From NCBI GenBank assembly GCA_030390025.1, contig CM059432.1, positions 6,324,001-6,388,000 on the forward strand: DNA of 64,000 bases, read 5' to 3'. Within the stretch, counting starts at the first letter, position 1. The number at the start of each line of letters is the position of its first letter. This stretch comes from Squalus acanthias (taxonomy: Eukaryota). Below the pieces are notes generated by a model. That model saw only the letters and a program-made list of their open reading frames with translations, was not told where the DNA came from and ran no database searches. This document shows positions 10,712 through 22,100 of the stretch, piece after piece. The position numbers were made by a program, and so were the translations under genes.

Positions 10712-11357
10712 AAAGATGTATTTTAATTTTCTGCTATTTGGCTATCATCTCAATAAATTAAGTTTTTTGATGCATCAGAAAGGCAAAGGATCACACTAAC
10801 GCTTGGCACTGCTTATAATAAATGTCCCCATCAATTTGCGGAAAGAACAAAAAACTAGAAGAGAGCAGTATGCTCACAAATTCCTCAAGGCTGGAAGAGG
10901 GCAACATGTAGAGATCTCTGAAAAGTGAACATAACTAGATCTCACTGAGCCCTTCATATGACAAATCTGCACGTAAAGGGGCATGGTTTTAGCCTGTGGC
11001 ACTGAGAGAACTGCTTTTGTGGGAAGTGATAGGGAAACATTGGCGCTGATTCGCTGTGTGGGAATTCGCTGAGGCTGAAAAAATGTTGGATTCTGGATTG
11101 TATACTGCCGAAGCAATGTGCTGATCTGTGTATCTGCGGTGCCACATTGTCACTTGACACCATGTGTTGCCTGGGAAATGGAGTTCTGCTGCAGGTGGAT
11201 TGGAATGCAAAGTTACTGAGGCAGCAGGATTCCTCTTGTACGAGACAGTGTTGAGAAGCATTAAATTTGATTTGTTGAGGGATGTTGATGGAGGTGGAGA
11301 ATGACTAAATCGTACACCAAAGAGAAAAGGTGACATTACTGAGGTGAAAGCAAATAA

Positions 11358-11772
11358 AAAAGAAAGGCTTGCATTGATATAGCACCTTTCACAACCTCAG
11401 GACGTCCCAAAGCGCTTTACAGCCAATGGAATACTTTTTGAAGTGTCGTCACTGTTGTAATGTAGGAAACATGGCAGCTAATCTGCGCACAGCAAGCTCC
11501 CACAAACAGCAATGTGATAATGACCAGACAATCCGTGTTTTTTTTAGTGATGTTGGTTGAGGGATAAATATTGGCCAGGACACCAGGGAGAACTCCCCTG
11601 CTCTTCCTCGAAATAGTGCCATGGGATCTTTTACATCCACCTGAGGGCAGATTTAACGTCTCATCTGAAAGACGGCACCTCCGACAGTGCAGCGCTCCCT
11701 GAGCACTGCACTGGAATGTCAACCTAGATTTTTGTGCTCAAGACTCTGGAGTGGGACTGGAACCCACAACCA
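11358..11772 (-). mobile_element. DeuSINE (SacSINE1-like), near full length
   Basis: Reverse complement of the 19398-19850 family; head fragment recurs at ~12088-12162. Confidence 0.88.
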
Positions 11773-12082
11773 CATTCTCACCACTCTCTGGGTAAAGAAA
11801 TTTCTGCTAAATTCCCCATTTGATTTCTTGGTGACTATCTTATATTGATGGCTTCTAGTTATGTTCTTCCCCACAAGTGGAAACACTCTCTCTGTGTCTA
11901 CTCTATCAAAACCTTACATAATTTTAAAGACCTCTATTAGGTCACCCCTCAGCCTTCTCTTTTCAAGAGAAAAGGGACCCAGCCTGTTCATCCTTTCCTG
12001 ATAGTAATAACCTCGCATTTCTGGTATCATCCTTGTAAATCTTTTTTGCACCTTCTCCAGTACCTCCATATCTTTTTTTATA
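11773..12082 (-). mobile_element. CR1 LINE RT C-terminal fragment
   Basis: ORF 11914-12177 LEKVQKRFTRMIP...SLEKRRLRGDLIEVFKIM. Confidence 0.85.
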
Positions 12083-12751
12083 ATACTCCAAGTGGGACTT
12101 CCAAACCCACAACCTTCTGAATCAGAAGCAAGAGTGCTACCAACTGAGCCACGGCTGACTGTCGAGCCTCCTCCCATTTTTCCTCATCTAACTCTATCAG
12201 CCTCTATTCCCTTCTCCCTCATATGCTTATCTAGCCTCCCCTTAAATGCATCTATACTGTTCGCTTCAACCACAGATAGTCACAGTACTCCAAGTGTGGT
12301 CTAACCAAGGTTCTATATCGCAGGCAAGATGGTCAATCTGACCGAAAACTGAGAGGCTGGTTTGAACCCCTCTCCCATCCCTCATGATAATCAAGTGGAC
12401 AGAAGCAGGCTGAGGAGTGGAAGACATACATTTACTGAGCTATAATAACCCTACCTACAACATGTACATCAGTTCAGTAAGACAGTGAAAGCTGGCTCAT
12501 CTGGAGCATAAACAGTCTTGTGTGGAGCACAAATACCGGTACAGACCACTTGGGCCGAATGGCCTGTTTCTAGACTGTAAATTCTATGTAAGTCCATGTA
12601 GCTAATTAGAAAATATTGTTAACCTAGCATTGGGAAAACGAGTGATCAAAATAGACTGTTGTTTTCCCCCAGATGTGCCAGTAAAGTCACCACCTGTTGC
12701 TAAAAGGACAGGTGGCCTGCTTCTTGCCTCTACCTACTCTTTAGTCACTTG

Positions 12752-12859
12752 TGAGAAGTCGCACAACACCAGGTTATAGTCCAACAGTTTTATTTGAAAT
12801 CACAAGCTTGTGCGACTTCTCACATTTGTCCACCCCAGTCCAACACCGGCATCTCCACA
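12752..12859. mobile_element. Short insert with inverted arm and tail, probably a second Penelope-like family
   Basis: 12-bp direct repeat tttagtcacttg at 12740-12751 and 12860-12871; perfect 17-bp inverted repeat tgtgagaagtcgcacaa / ttgtgcgacttctcaca. Confidence 0.6.
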
Positions 12860-13407
12860 TTTAGTCACTTGGGAATGGACACTAATTGTTTGCTGACTTT
12901 TTTTCTTGATAGACGGAGTAGTTTTAAATTGAATTATGTTGCCTCCTTCCTTCCTTCTCAGAGCAAATTTGTTCTATTGTCCTTCCTAAAAGGTGTCGAC
13001 TTGTGTTGTGATCACTTCCATAGCTCCCATACTCTCATATCTTTACCGAGTTGCTAGTCTTCATGTTTAAGGCTAGATGGTGACTGCTGACAGGTGATTT
13101 GACTGGGAGACTGGGCATTACATCCTTACCTCACCTGATGTCCACACAAGCACACTACCCAGTAAGGGTCATTGGACACTGATTAGGGGCAGGCCTCTTG
13201 GCTATTTGTTTCACCCTTCTCCCTAACCAAGCTGCTTCAGTCACTTTGCACTCCAATCCACCAGCAGCAGAACTCCAATTTCCCAGACATCACGTGGTGT
13301 CACTGAATTTCCCAACTGCCAAGGCTGAGATTGCCTAATACAGCACAGGCTTATAATCATACTTTGCATCTTTTGGCCTAGATATGCAATAGCTTTAACA
13401 CTGAGCC

Positions 13408-14778
13408 ATCATAAGATAAGAACATAAGAAATAGGAGCAGGAGTAGGCCATTCGGCCCTTCAAGCCTGCTCTGCCATTCAATGAGATCAAGGCTGATCTT
13501 CTGCCTCAACTCCATTCACCGGCCCTATCGCCATATCCCTTGATGCCCTTACTAGTCAGAAATCTATCGACTTCTGTTTTGAATATACCCAATGACTGAG
13601 CCTCCACAGCCCTCTGGGGTAGAGAATTCCAAAGATTCACCACCCTCTGTATGAAGAAATTTCTTCTCATCTCAGTCCTGAATGGCCTACCCTTTATCCT
13701 GAGGCTGTGGCCCCTGGTACTAGACTCCCCAGCCAAGGAAAACATTCTCCCAGCATCCACCCTATCAAGCCCTGTAATCATTTTGTATGCTTCAATGAGA
13801 TCCCCTCTCATTCTTCTGAATTCAAGAGAATACAGGCCTAGTTTACTCAATCTCTTCTCATGTGACAGTCCCGCCATCCCAGGAATCAATCTCGTGAACC
13901 TTTGTTGCATTCCCCATATGGCAAGTATATCCTTCCTTAGGTAAGGAGACCAAAATTGTACACAGTACTGCAGGTGTGGTCTCACCAAGGCCCTATATAA
14001 TTGGAGTAAGACTTCTTTACTCCTGTACTCAAATCCTCTTGTAATGAAGGCCAGCATACCATTTGCCTTCCTAATGGCTTGCTGCACCTGCACATTCACT
14101 TTCAGTGACTCATGTACAAGGACACCCAGGTCCCTTTGAGCATCTGCATTCCCCAATCTTTCACCATTTAGGAAATACTCTGCCTTTCTGTTTTTTCTAC
14201 CAATGTGGATAACTTCACATTTATCCACATTATATTCCATCTGCCATGTTCTCGCCCACTCACTGAGCCTGTCGAGATCCCCTTGAAGCCTCTTCACATC
14301 CTCTTCACAACTGACACTGCCACCTAGCTTTGTATCATCAGCAAATTTGGAAATGTTACATTTAGTCCCCTCATTAAATCATTGATATAGATTGTGAATA
14401 GCTGGGGCCCAAGCACCGATCCTTGCGGTACCCCACTAGTCATAGCCTGTCATCCTGAAAAAGACCCGTTTATCCCTACTCTTTGTTTTCTGTCTGTTAA
14501 CCAATTCTCAATCCATGCTAGTATATTACCCCCAATTCCATGTGCCCTAATTTTGTTCACCAACCTCTTGTGTGGGACCTTATCGAAGGCCCTTTGAAAA
14601 TCCAGATGCACCACATCTACCGGTTCCCCTTTGTCTACTCCACGAGTTACATCCTCAAAGAACTCCAATAGGTTTGTCAAACAGGATTTCCCTTTCATAA
14701 ATCCATATTGACTCTGCCCAATCTTACTATTAGTTTCTAAGTGCCCAGTTATTGCATCCTTTATAATAGATTCCATGA
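13408..14778 (-). mobile_element. CR1 LINE, 5'-truncated RT region and 3' UTR
   Basis: ORFs 13506-14297 and 14450-14848 with RT motifs; CR1 tail. Confidence 0.92.
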
Positions 14779-14944
14779 AGGAGCTGAATAGAATAAATGT
14801 TAAATATTGGGTTGTAACAGTAAGATTTGGCATTTGGTCTTGCCACAATGCACCCAGGGATTCTTCAGGAAATAGGTTTTGGCAGAATTGTTCAGCAGCT
14901 CCCTAAGAGCTGAGAAGTGGTCCCGCTTCACTATTTCACTACTC

Positions 14945-15500
14945 ACTCTGTACAGTTTTGGTCTCCTTACCTAAGGAAGGATATACTTGCCTTAGAGGAG
15001 TTGCAACAAAGGTTCACTAGATTGATTCCTGGGATGAGAGGGTTGTCCTATGAGGAGAGATTGAGTTGAATGGACCTGTATTCTCTGAAGTTTAGAAGAA
15101 TGAGAGGTGATCTAATTAAAACGTATAAAATTCTTAGAGGGCTTGACAGGGTAGATGCTGAGAGGCTGTTTCTCCTGGGCGGAGAGTCTAGAACTAGGAG
15201 TCATAGTCTCAGGATAAGGGGTCGGTCATTTAAGACTGAGATGAGGGAAAATTTCTTCATTCAGAGGGTTGTGAATCTTTGGAATTCTCTACCCCAGAAA
15301 GCTGTGGATGCTCAGTCGTTGAGAATATTCAAGGCTGAGAAAGATAGATTTTTGGACTCTAGGGGAATCAGGGGATATGGAGATCGGGCGGGAAAGTGGA
15401 GTTGAGGTCAATGATCAGCCATGATCTTACTGAATGGCGGAGCAGGCTCGAGGGGTTGTATGGCCTACTCCTGCTCCTATTTCTTAAGTTCTTATGTTCA
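14945..15500 (+). mobile_element. CR1 LINE 3' fragment
   Basis: ORF 15070-15405 RRMRGDLIKTYKIL...VVNLWNSLP; tail cctactcctgctcctatttcttaagttcttatg. Confidence 0.9.
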
Positions 15501-15779
15501 ACGTATGCTATTTGCCAGTGGAAGAAAATTAATTTTATGCCAGTTTTTAAATGCAAAGTGTGACTTGTGTATTCTGAAAATTGTGAATGTGTTACAACAG
15601 TGTAATGATGTGGAATCAATATTTGGCAGTTGTATTAAATCAAACCTGTTTTGTAACCAGGGAGATGATCATTGTCTGGGACGGATTTTAAAATTAGGTT
15701 CCAGAGGTGAAAGCACATGGTCTGAACAGCTGCACATACAGTTCCCTGTAATGGAAGTCATATTATTAAAATGATTTGG

Positions 15780-16185
15780 AGCAGAGAAGGCTGAGAGGAG
15801 ATTTGATCGAGGTGTTTAAAATCATGAAGGGTTTAGATAGAGTAAATAAAGAGAAACTGTTTCCCAATGGCTGAAGGGTCGATGACCAGAGGCCACAGAT
15901 TTAAGGTGATTGGCAAAAGATCCGGAGGCGACATGAGGGAAAACTTTTTTACGCAACGAGTGGTTAGGATTTGGAAAGCGCTGCCTGATAGGGCGGTGGA
16001 TACAGATTCAATAGTAGCCTTCAAAAGGGAATTGGAGAAATACTTGAGGGAGAAAAAATTGCTGGGATATGGGGAAAGAGCGGAGGGAGTGGGACTAACT
16101 GGATTGCTCTTCACAAGAGCCGGCACAGACTTGTTGGGCCAAATGGCGGCCTCATGTGCTGTACTATTCTATGATTCTACAATTT
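15780..16185 (+). mobile_element. CR1 LINE 3' fragment (second subfamily)
   Basis: ORF 15867-16187 TRGHRFKVIGKR...FFTQRVVRIWKALP; ttctatga tail. Confidence 0.88.
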
Positions 16186-16646
16186 AAGAAAATGCTCCAT
16201 TTAGTAAAAAAAATAATTTGAATATTTTATTTAAAAAGCAACAAATCTATCCATCCCTTTAAAATTTTAAGAGCATCCATCAAATCAGTCAAAAGTATAT
16301 GCAGTACATTAAAAAAAAAACAGTTGTTTCATGCTGGACAGCCTGGAAATTTGCAGACTTGTTTCACTAACAGCATTTAACGCACAATTGACAACAACTA
16401 CATAGACCATTTGCCCACAGAAAATACCTGAGCAGTGGCACAAAAGCAACAGGCCAGGTTAGCAGGTAAACACGCAGCTGTGCTGTGGACCCCACCTTAT
16501 CCATGAGCTGTGCCACGGGAAAGCAGCTGAAATCAGCAATAAGAGTATATTTGTGAAGCTTAATTATAAATTACTTATGCAGCGTTAGACAATGGTGGAT
16601 CTCACTTTGCTTTTTTTGTTGTTCACAGCAGTAGAACGTTTCCAGA

Positions 16647-16793
16647 ATGTTAGAGTCCTATGTGACTCCGATCTTGATGAGCTATGTAAATCGTTACATC
16701 AAGAATCTGAAGCCATCTGATCTTCAGCTGTCATTGTGGGGAGGTGATGTGGTCCTCAGCAAACTGGAACTGAAGCTTGATGTGCTGGAGCAG
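16647..16793 (+). CDS. VPS13B: VPS13B first coding exon (chorein-N start), MLESYVTPILMSYVNRYIKNLKPSDLQLSLWGGDVVLSKLELKLDVLEQ
   Basis: Manual translation matches the recognised VPS13B N-terminus; polypyrimidine tract and AG at 16627-16628; in-frame TAG 15 nt upstream of ATG; phase-0 donor CAG|GTACAG. Confidence 0.96.
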
Positions 16794-17558
16794 GTACAGA
16801 CTTGATTTCAGATACTGCTTGAATGAACATCAGTGATGCATGAAGTTAATGGACACTCGACTTGCACAGTAAATTTCTGAGTGTACGCATTAGTATGGCC
16901 TTATCGAGAATGGCTGGTTAGTGATGCTTGGAACCCTTAGTTTTCAGATTTATGGGCCCTTGAATACACTTGGAAATCCCCTCCATGACAGTGTAAAGTC
17001 TATTTAATAGACCAGTTTATAGTTGGTTGACCTTTTGTGACCTCCCAGTTTGCTACGCACTGTTGGGGGGCAAACCAGATTGCAGTCCAGGTTAGTTAAC
17101 CGTAGCAAATTGAAGGAAAGATTTTCCTTCAATTTTCAGTTACTTATGGTTAGATTTTAAAAGAAAAGTATGGAGGTGTTCCTGACCTTTCGGAGTTTTC
17201 CTGATTGATTTTTGGATCAATGCCTCTCGGCTATAAGTGTTCTGAGGGAGCATTGTGAAATTGTACATTTTTCCTCTCTCAAATTCGTGTTTTAAAGGTA
17301 GAAGCACAGTATTTATATTTATGCAAGGAGGCATTTTAAACACTGGAATTTAAGAAATAATTCTACCATGAATAAGTTAGCAAATTGGGTCTGTACAATT
17401 CCACCTTTTGTGGAGCTAATGGTCTTTTGCCGGTATGCCGGCTTCAGAACGGTTAACTAATTATTCATAATCCAGTTTATACATAATTCCTGATCTTTGT
17501 ATTACTCCAGCTGCATTTGATACAAATTGAAACATTGCTGTTGTAACCATAATTTACA

Positions 17559-17928
17559 GCTCAACGTAAGCTCAAGGAACAGCACCTCATCTTTCGATTA
17601 GGCACTTTACAGCCTTCTGGACTCAACATTGAATTCAACAATTTCAGACTATTACCCCAAGCCCACATTTTTCAGGCTGTTTATGATTCTGCCATCCCCA
17701 TTTGCAACAGTTAGTCTCTCCTGCCTCCTACCCTAGCACAGAATGTTCCTTCCTCCCCTCCCCTCCCCTCCCCCCTTTCCCTGCCTTTGCACCTGCTTAA
17801 AATCTGTTACATCTCTAACCTTTTCCAGTTCTGATGAAGGGTCCCAGATCTGAAATGTTAACTCTGTTTCTCTCTCCACGGATGCTGCCTGGCCTGCTGA
17901 GTGCTTCCAGCATTTTCTCTTGTTATTT
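17559..17928 (+). mobile_element. Penelope-like 3' fragment with pseudo-LTR
   Basis: Homologous to ~8600-9040; 11-bp direct repeat cataatttaca at 17548-17558 and 17929-17939. Confidence 0.85.
17827..17863 (+). ncRNA. Minimal type I hammerhead ribozyme motif (core intact, helix III palindrome decayed)
   Basis: AGUU-CUGAUGA-A-GGGUC(CCA)GAUCU-GAAA-UGUU-AACU. Confidence 0.6.
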
Positions 17929-17949
17929 CATAATTTACAATATGTTGCC

Positions 17950-18125
17950 CACCACTCCTGTATGAAGCTCTCCAGTTAGGCTTATGCCCTGTCCACAGCA
18001 GCAAGACCGCACTGATCAGAGTCATTAACAGAATCCTGTGTGATTGTGACCCTGGGTCGCTGTTCCTTCTTATCCTCCTCAATCTCAGCGCCGCTTTCAA
18101 CACTGCAGACCCCTCTGTCCTCCAA
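17950..18125 (+). mobile_element. L2 LINE RT fragment, degraded
   Basis: Translates to HSSKTALIRVINRILCDCDPGSLFLLILLNLSAAFNT (LDLSAAFDT motif). Confidence 0.65.
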
Positions 18126-18539
18126 AATAGAAAATGAGTTTCATTAGAGGCATAAGAGTGCAAACTGTGAGAACTTGTATTATTCCTGTATAAACGTTAG
18201 TCAAGCCCTAATTGGCTAGGAAGGGCATGCGACTGCATGAAAATCAAACTTGCATTGCACTTGTGGTCCTCCATGCTGCATCATTGATCTTAGTGCATGC
18301 TCTTAGTCTTTAATGTGTTTATACTGCATAAATATTTTACAGAAGAATTCTCTAACATCAGGAAAAGAGAAAAGTTAAAAACATTTAAAATTGTTTAATA
18401 TGAAGTGCATTCTTCAGGTGATTTTTTTATTTATCTGATTTTTGACTTCAAATTTCTCATTTTAATTGCATTTTTTATTTGCATCTTATTTTAAATTCTT
18501 GTGAATTTTTTTTATGCATGAATCTTGATTTCTTGTTTA

Positions 18540-18765
18540 CATAGAAAAAAAACCTTTACATGGAGCGTACAGCACAGAAACAGGCCATTCGACCCAACTG
18601 TGCCATGCCGGTGTTTATGTTCCACACGAGCCTCCTCCCACCCTATTTCATCTCCCCTTATCAGCATATCCATCTATTCCTTTCTCCCTCATGTGTTTAT
18701 CCAGCTTTCCCTTAAATGCATCTATGCTATTCGCCTCAACTACTCCTTGTGGTAGCAAGTTCCAG
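18540..18765 (-). mobile_element. CR1 3' tail fragment
   Basis: acagcacagaaacaggccattcgacccaac...cccttaaatgcatctatgctattcgcctcaactactcc; similar pieces at ~12165-12275 and 63105-63210. Confidence 0.6.
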
Positions 18766-19397
18766 GTTTTGTAGGATTTAAGTTCTGTTTTTAAAACCAT
18801 TGGTCAATTGAATGGTGATTTATTATCGCCACTACCAGTGGGCGAACTTAATATTTCTAATGGTTTTCAGTCGAGTTTATGAAATTTGTCTAAATATCAG
18901 TAACATTATAATCACTATAAATGCTGGCTTGAACGATTATGGAACTAGCATCTGAAGTAAAGCAGTTTACTGGGAAGTTAAACAAAATTACCTTGTTAAG
19001 AATGCGCAATATTTCTTTTGCAATTTACACACACACAATAGGGCGACAATTCCTGCTTTGGGAAGTAGTTCATCCTCCAAATGAGACTAGTTTGCTTGGT
19101 ATTCACGGAAGCTACTTTGTGGGTTAAAATTTTCTTTTATTTAGTTGCACGCTTCTTGACTGTGACCCCAGTCCTAAGCCTCTTCTGCTTGGCCAACCCT
19201 CAGTCGTGTTTCAATCTCCCTGTCTGTATGTCTCTCTCCCATCTGCTCTCGCCTCTGCCTTTGACCCTACTTTTTCTTCTATTTGGCAACGGCTGCTCTT
19301 GCTCCCTAACCCACCTGATTCTACTTCTTGCCAGCCGCTTCTCCTGCTGCTGTCCCAGGTTTGAGATACTTCTGGCTGAGTCCACGACCTCCCTTTG

Positions 19398-19850
19398 CTC
19401 AGCCGTGGCTCAGTGGGTGGCACTCTCGCCTCTGAGTCAGAAGGTTGTGGGTTCAAGCCCCACTCCAGAGACTTGAGCACAAAAATCTAGGCTGATACTC
19501 CTGTGCAGTGCTTGAGGGAGTGCTGCACTGTCGGAGGTGCCGTATTTCGGATGAGATGTTAAACTGAGGGCGTCTGCTTTCTCAGGTGGACGTAAAAGAT
19601 CCCATGGCACTATTTCAAAGAAGAGCAGGGGAGTTATACCCGGTGTCCTGGCCAAAATTTATCCCTCAATCAACATAACAAAAACAGATTATCTGGTGAT
19701 TATCACATTGCTGTTTGTGGAGCTTGCTGTGAGCAATTGGCTGCTGCATTTCCTACATTGCAACAGTGACTACACTTCAAAAAAAGTACTTCATTGGCTG
19801 TAAAGCGTGTTGGGACGCTTTGAGGTTGTGAAAGGCGCAATTTAAATGTT
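19398..19850 (+). mobile_element. DeuSINE (SacSINE1-like), full length
   Basis: tRNA-like A box tggctcagtggg and B box ggttcaagccc, central domain, L2-like tail. Confidence 0.9.
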
Positions 19851-20199
19851 GCTATCCTCTGGTGTGCCCGTTGAGGTATCTGTCGCTGGTTGTCCCAAAG
19901 TTGCAATCCAACTGCCTTATCTCAAAGTCCAGGTGACCAACCTGCCCAGCTCACTCCTTAGAACTTAATCTCCTCTCTACCTCCCATTTCCTTTTCAGCA
20001 TCCACTGCCCTCTCCCCAGCCCTCCTAGTGGGCTGTCAACTGCTGCTCCCCTCCGTATCGCCCTGCAGAATGCTTGCTCCCTCGCAGACAAGACCCTCAC
20101 TATCCGTGGCTTCATTGTGGGTAAATCTTTTGGCATCCTCGTGCTGACAGAAACCTGGCTTCTGGGTAGTGACTCCTTACCCTTCATTTGAATATAGGA

Positions 20200-20550
20200 A
20201 CACAAGAAAGAGACCTTTCAGCCTCTCAAGACTGTTCCACCATTCAATTAAATCGTGGCTGATCTGTACCTGAACTCAATTTTCCTGTCTTTGCTGTGCA
20301 TCCCATGATATCCTTACCTAACAAAAATCTATCGAGAGAGAAACAGTTAATGCTTCAGGTCGATGTCATTGTTGACCTGAAATATTAACTGTTTCTCTCT
20401 CCACAGATGCTGCCTGATCTGCTGAGTATTTCCAGCATTTTCTGTTATTATTTCAGATTTCCAGCATCCGCAGTATTTTGTTATTGTAAAAATGTATCAA
20501 TCTCAGTCTTGAAAATTTAAGTTGACTCAGCATCCATAGCCTATTGGGGG
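20200..20550 (-). mobile_element. CR1 3' tail fragment with nested Penelope mini insert at 20334-20487
   Basis: Insert flanked by aaaaatctatc / aaaaatgtatc; its 5' part is a foldback of the pLTR. Confidence 0.7.
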
Positions 20551-21544
20551 AGAGAGTTGAAGCCTCCCTTCTCGCTGCACAATCCTGCCAAATAATGCTG
20601 TGCTGTCAATCTGGCTCCTGTGACGATAAGTTCTCCCCTACTTCTCAGGCACCTATTCCCCTTTTGAGCACCTCAACCTCTCCTATCCCTTCCGTCTTTC
20701 ATTTTGAGTTCTTGTCGTTTTATCACTCTCCTGTTTCCTTGTCGACATCGCCCCGCTTAGACTTTGCACAGAGTGATTGCTCATACTGCTGGACATTTCT
20801 CTCCATCTTAACTCCCCTTGCTCCTTCTCTTCTACCTTCTCTGTCCTTTTGTCAGCACTGAACCCTATTCCATTTCTGTGTAATATATTCTTCACATCAA
20901 CTTCCCCACCCACACCAATGGCCACCATCTCGACCTTGGCATCCCTCATGGCCTTGCCACTTTTGAGGTCTTGATTACTGACCAGCCTTTCACTGGCTAT
21001 TTCTTTATTTCAGCAAGTAGCCCCCCCAAAACTTTCATTGGTTGTCTGTAGCTTTTTGGAGCAAGGCGTTTTACTTTTCTAAGAATGATCTTCTTCAATC
21101 AGTCCACCAGATCACGTGATTATAGCCTAAGGAGATAGTTCAAGCCTTTCTAACTTTGACTAGATTGCATTCAAACTCGTGGTCCCAATTGATATATATT
21201 TCCTTAGATGGGCCGAGAATAGGCTTACAGAAATATTTTTTTATAGAGGATCTTTATCACAGTATCACTTCTTAGTTATGCACATGGTTGGTGTTAGCAA
21301 ATCTGTTGAAGTAGTATCGGAGTTTCCAGCGTGCCTTTCTCTTCGCCCTTCTTTCTGTTACTCTTTCTCTTCACCTTCTGGTTGTGTCTGTTCCCTCTCA
21401 CCTCACCCTCTGTCATGGTCCCCATCCACATCTGTCTGTCTGTCTCTCTTTCCCCCCCCCTATCTTTATTCTCTTCTCCTTTTGGTTTGCTTTTTTCTCC
21501 CTCCCTCTTCCACTTTTTACCACCCCCCCCCCCGCCTCCCTATG

Positions 21545-22100
21545 TATGCCACAGCTGGAATACTGTGTGCAGTTCTGGTCGCCACACTATAGGAAGGATG
21601 TGATTGCATTGGAGAGGGTGCAGAGGAGATTCACCAGGATGTTACCTGGGCTGGAGCGCTTCAGCTATGAAGAGAGACTGGACAGGCTGGGGTTGTTTTC
21701 CTTAGAGCAGAGAAGGCTGAGGGGGGACCTGATTGAGGTGTACAAAATTATATGGGGCATAGATTGGGTAGATAGAAAGGAACTTTTCCCCTTAGTAGAG
21801 GGGTCAATAACCAGGGGGCATAGTTTCAAGGTAAGGGGCAGGAGGTTTAGAGGGGATTTGAGGAAAAACTTTTTCACCCAGAGGGTGGTTGGAATCTGAA
21901 ACTCACTGCCTGAAAGGGTGGTAGAGGCAGGAACCCTCACAACATTCAAGAAGCATTTAGATGAGCACTTGAAACGCCATAGCATACAAGGCTACGGACC
22001 AAGTGCTGGAAAATGGGATTAGAATAGACAGGGCTTGATGGCCGGCGCGGACACGATGGGCCGAAGGGCCTCTTTCTGTGCTGTATAACTCTATGACTAT
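21545..22100 (+). mobile_element. CR1 LINE 3' fragment
   Basis: PQLEYCVQFWSPHYRKDVIALERVQRRFTRMLP...; tail ctctatgactatga. Confidence 0.9.

Noticed and set aside
11417..11722. Recurrent short ORFs such as MDVKDPMALFR... and antisense MKKFLLISVLN...
   Set aside because: Incidental frames of SINE and antisense CR1 sequence, repeated only because the elements are
19398..19470. tRNA genes at SINE heads (also 36286, 47165, 58090, 31518)
   Set aside because: A/B boxes run straight into the SINE body; these are tRNA-derived heads, not tRNA genes
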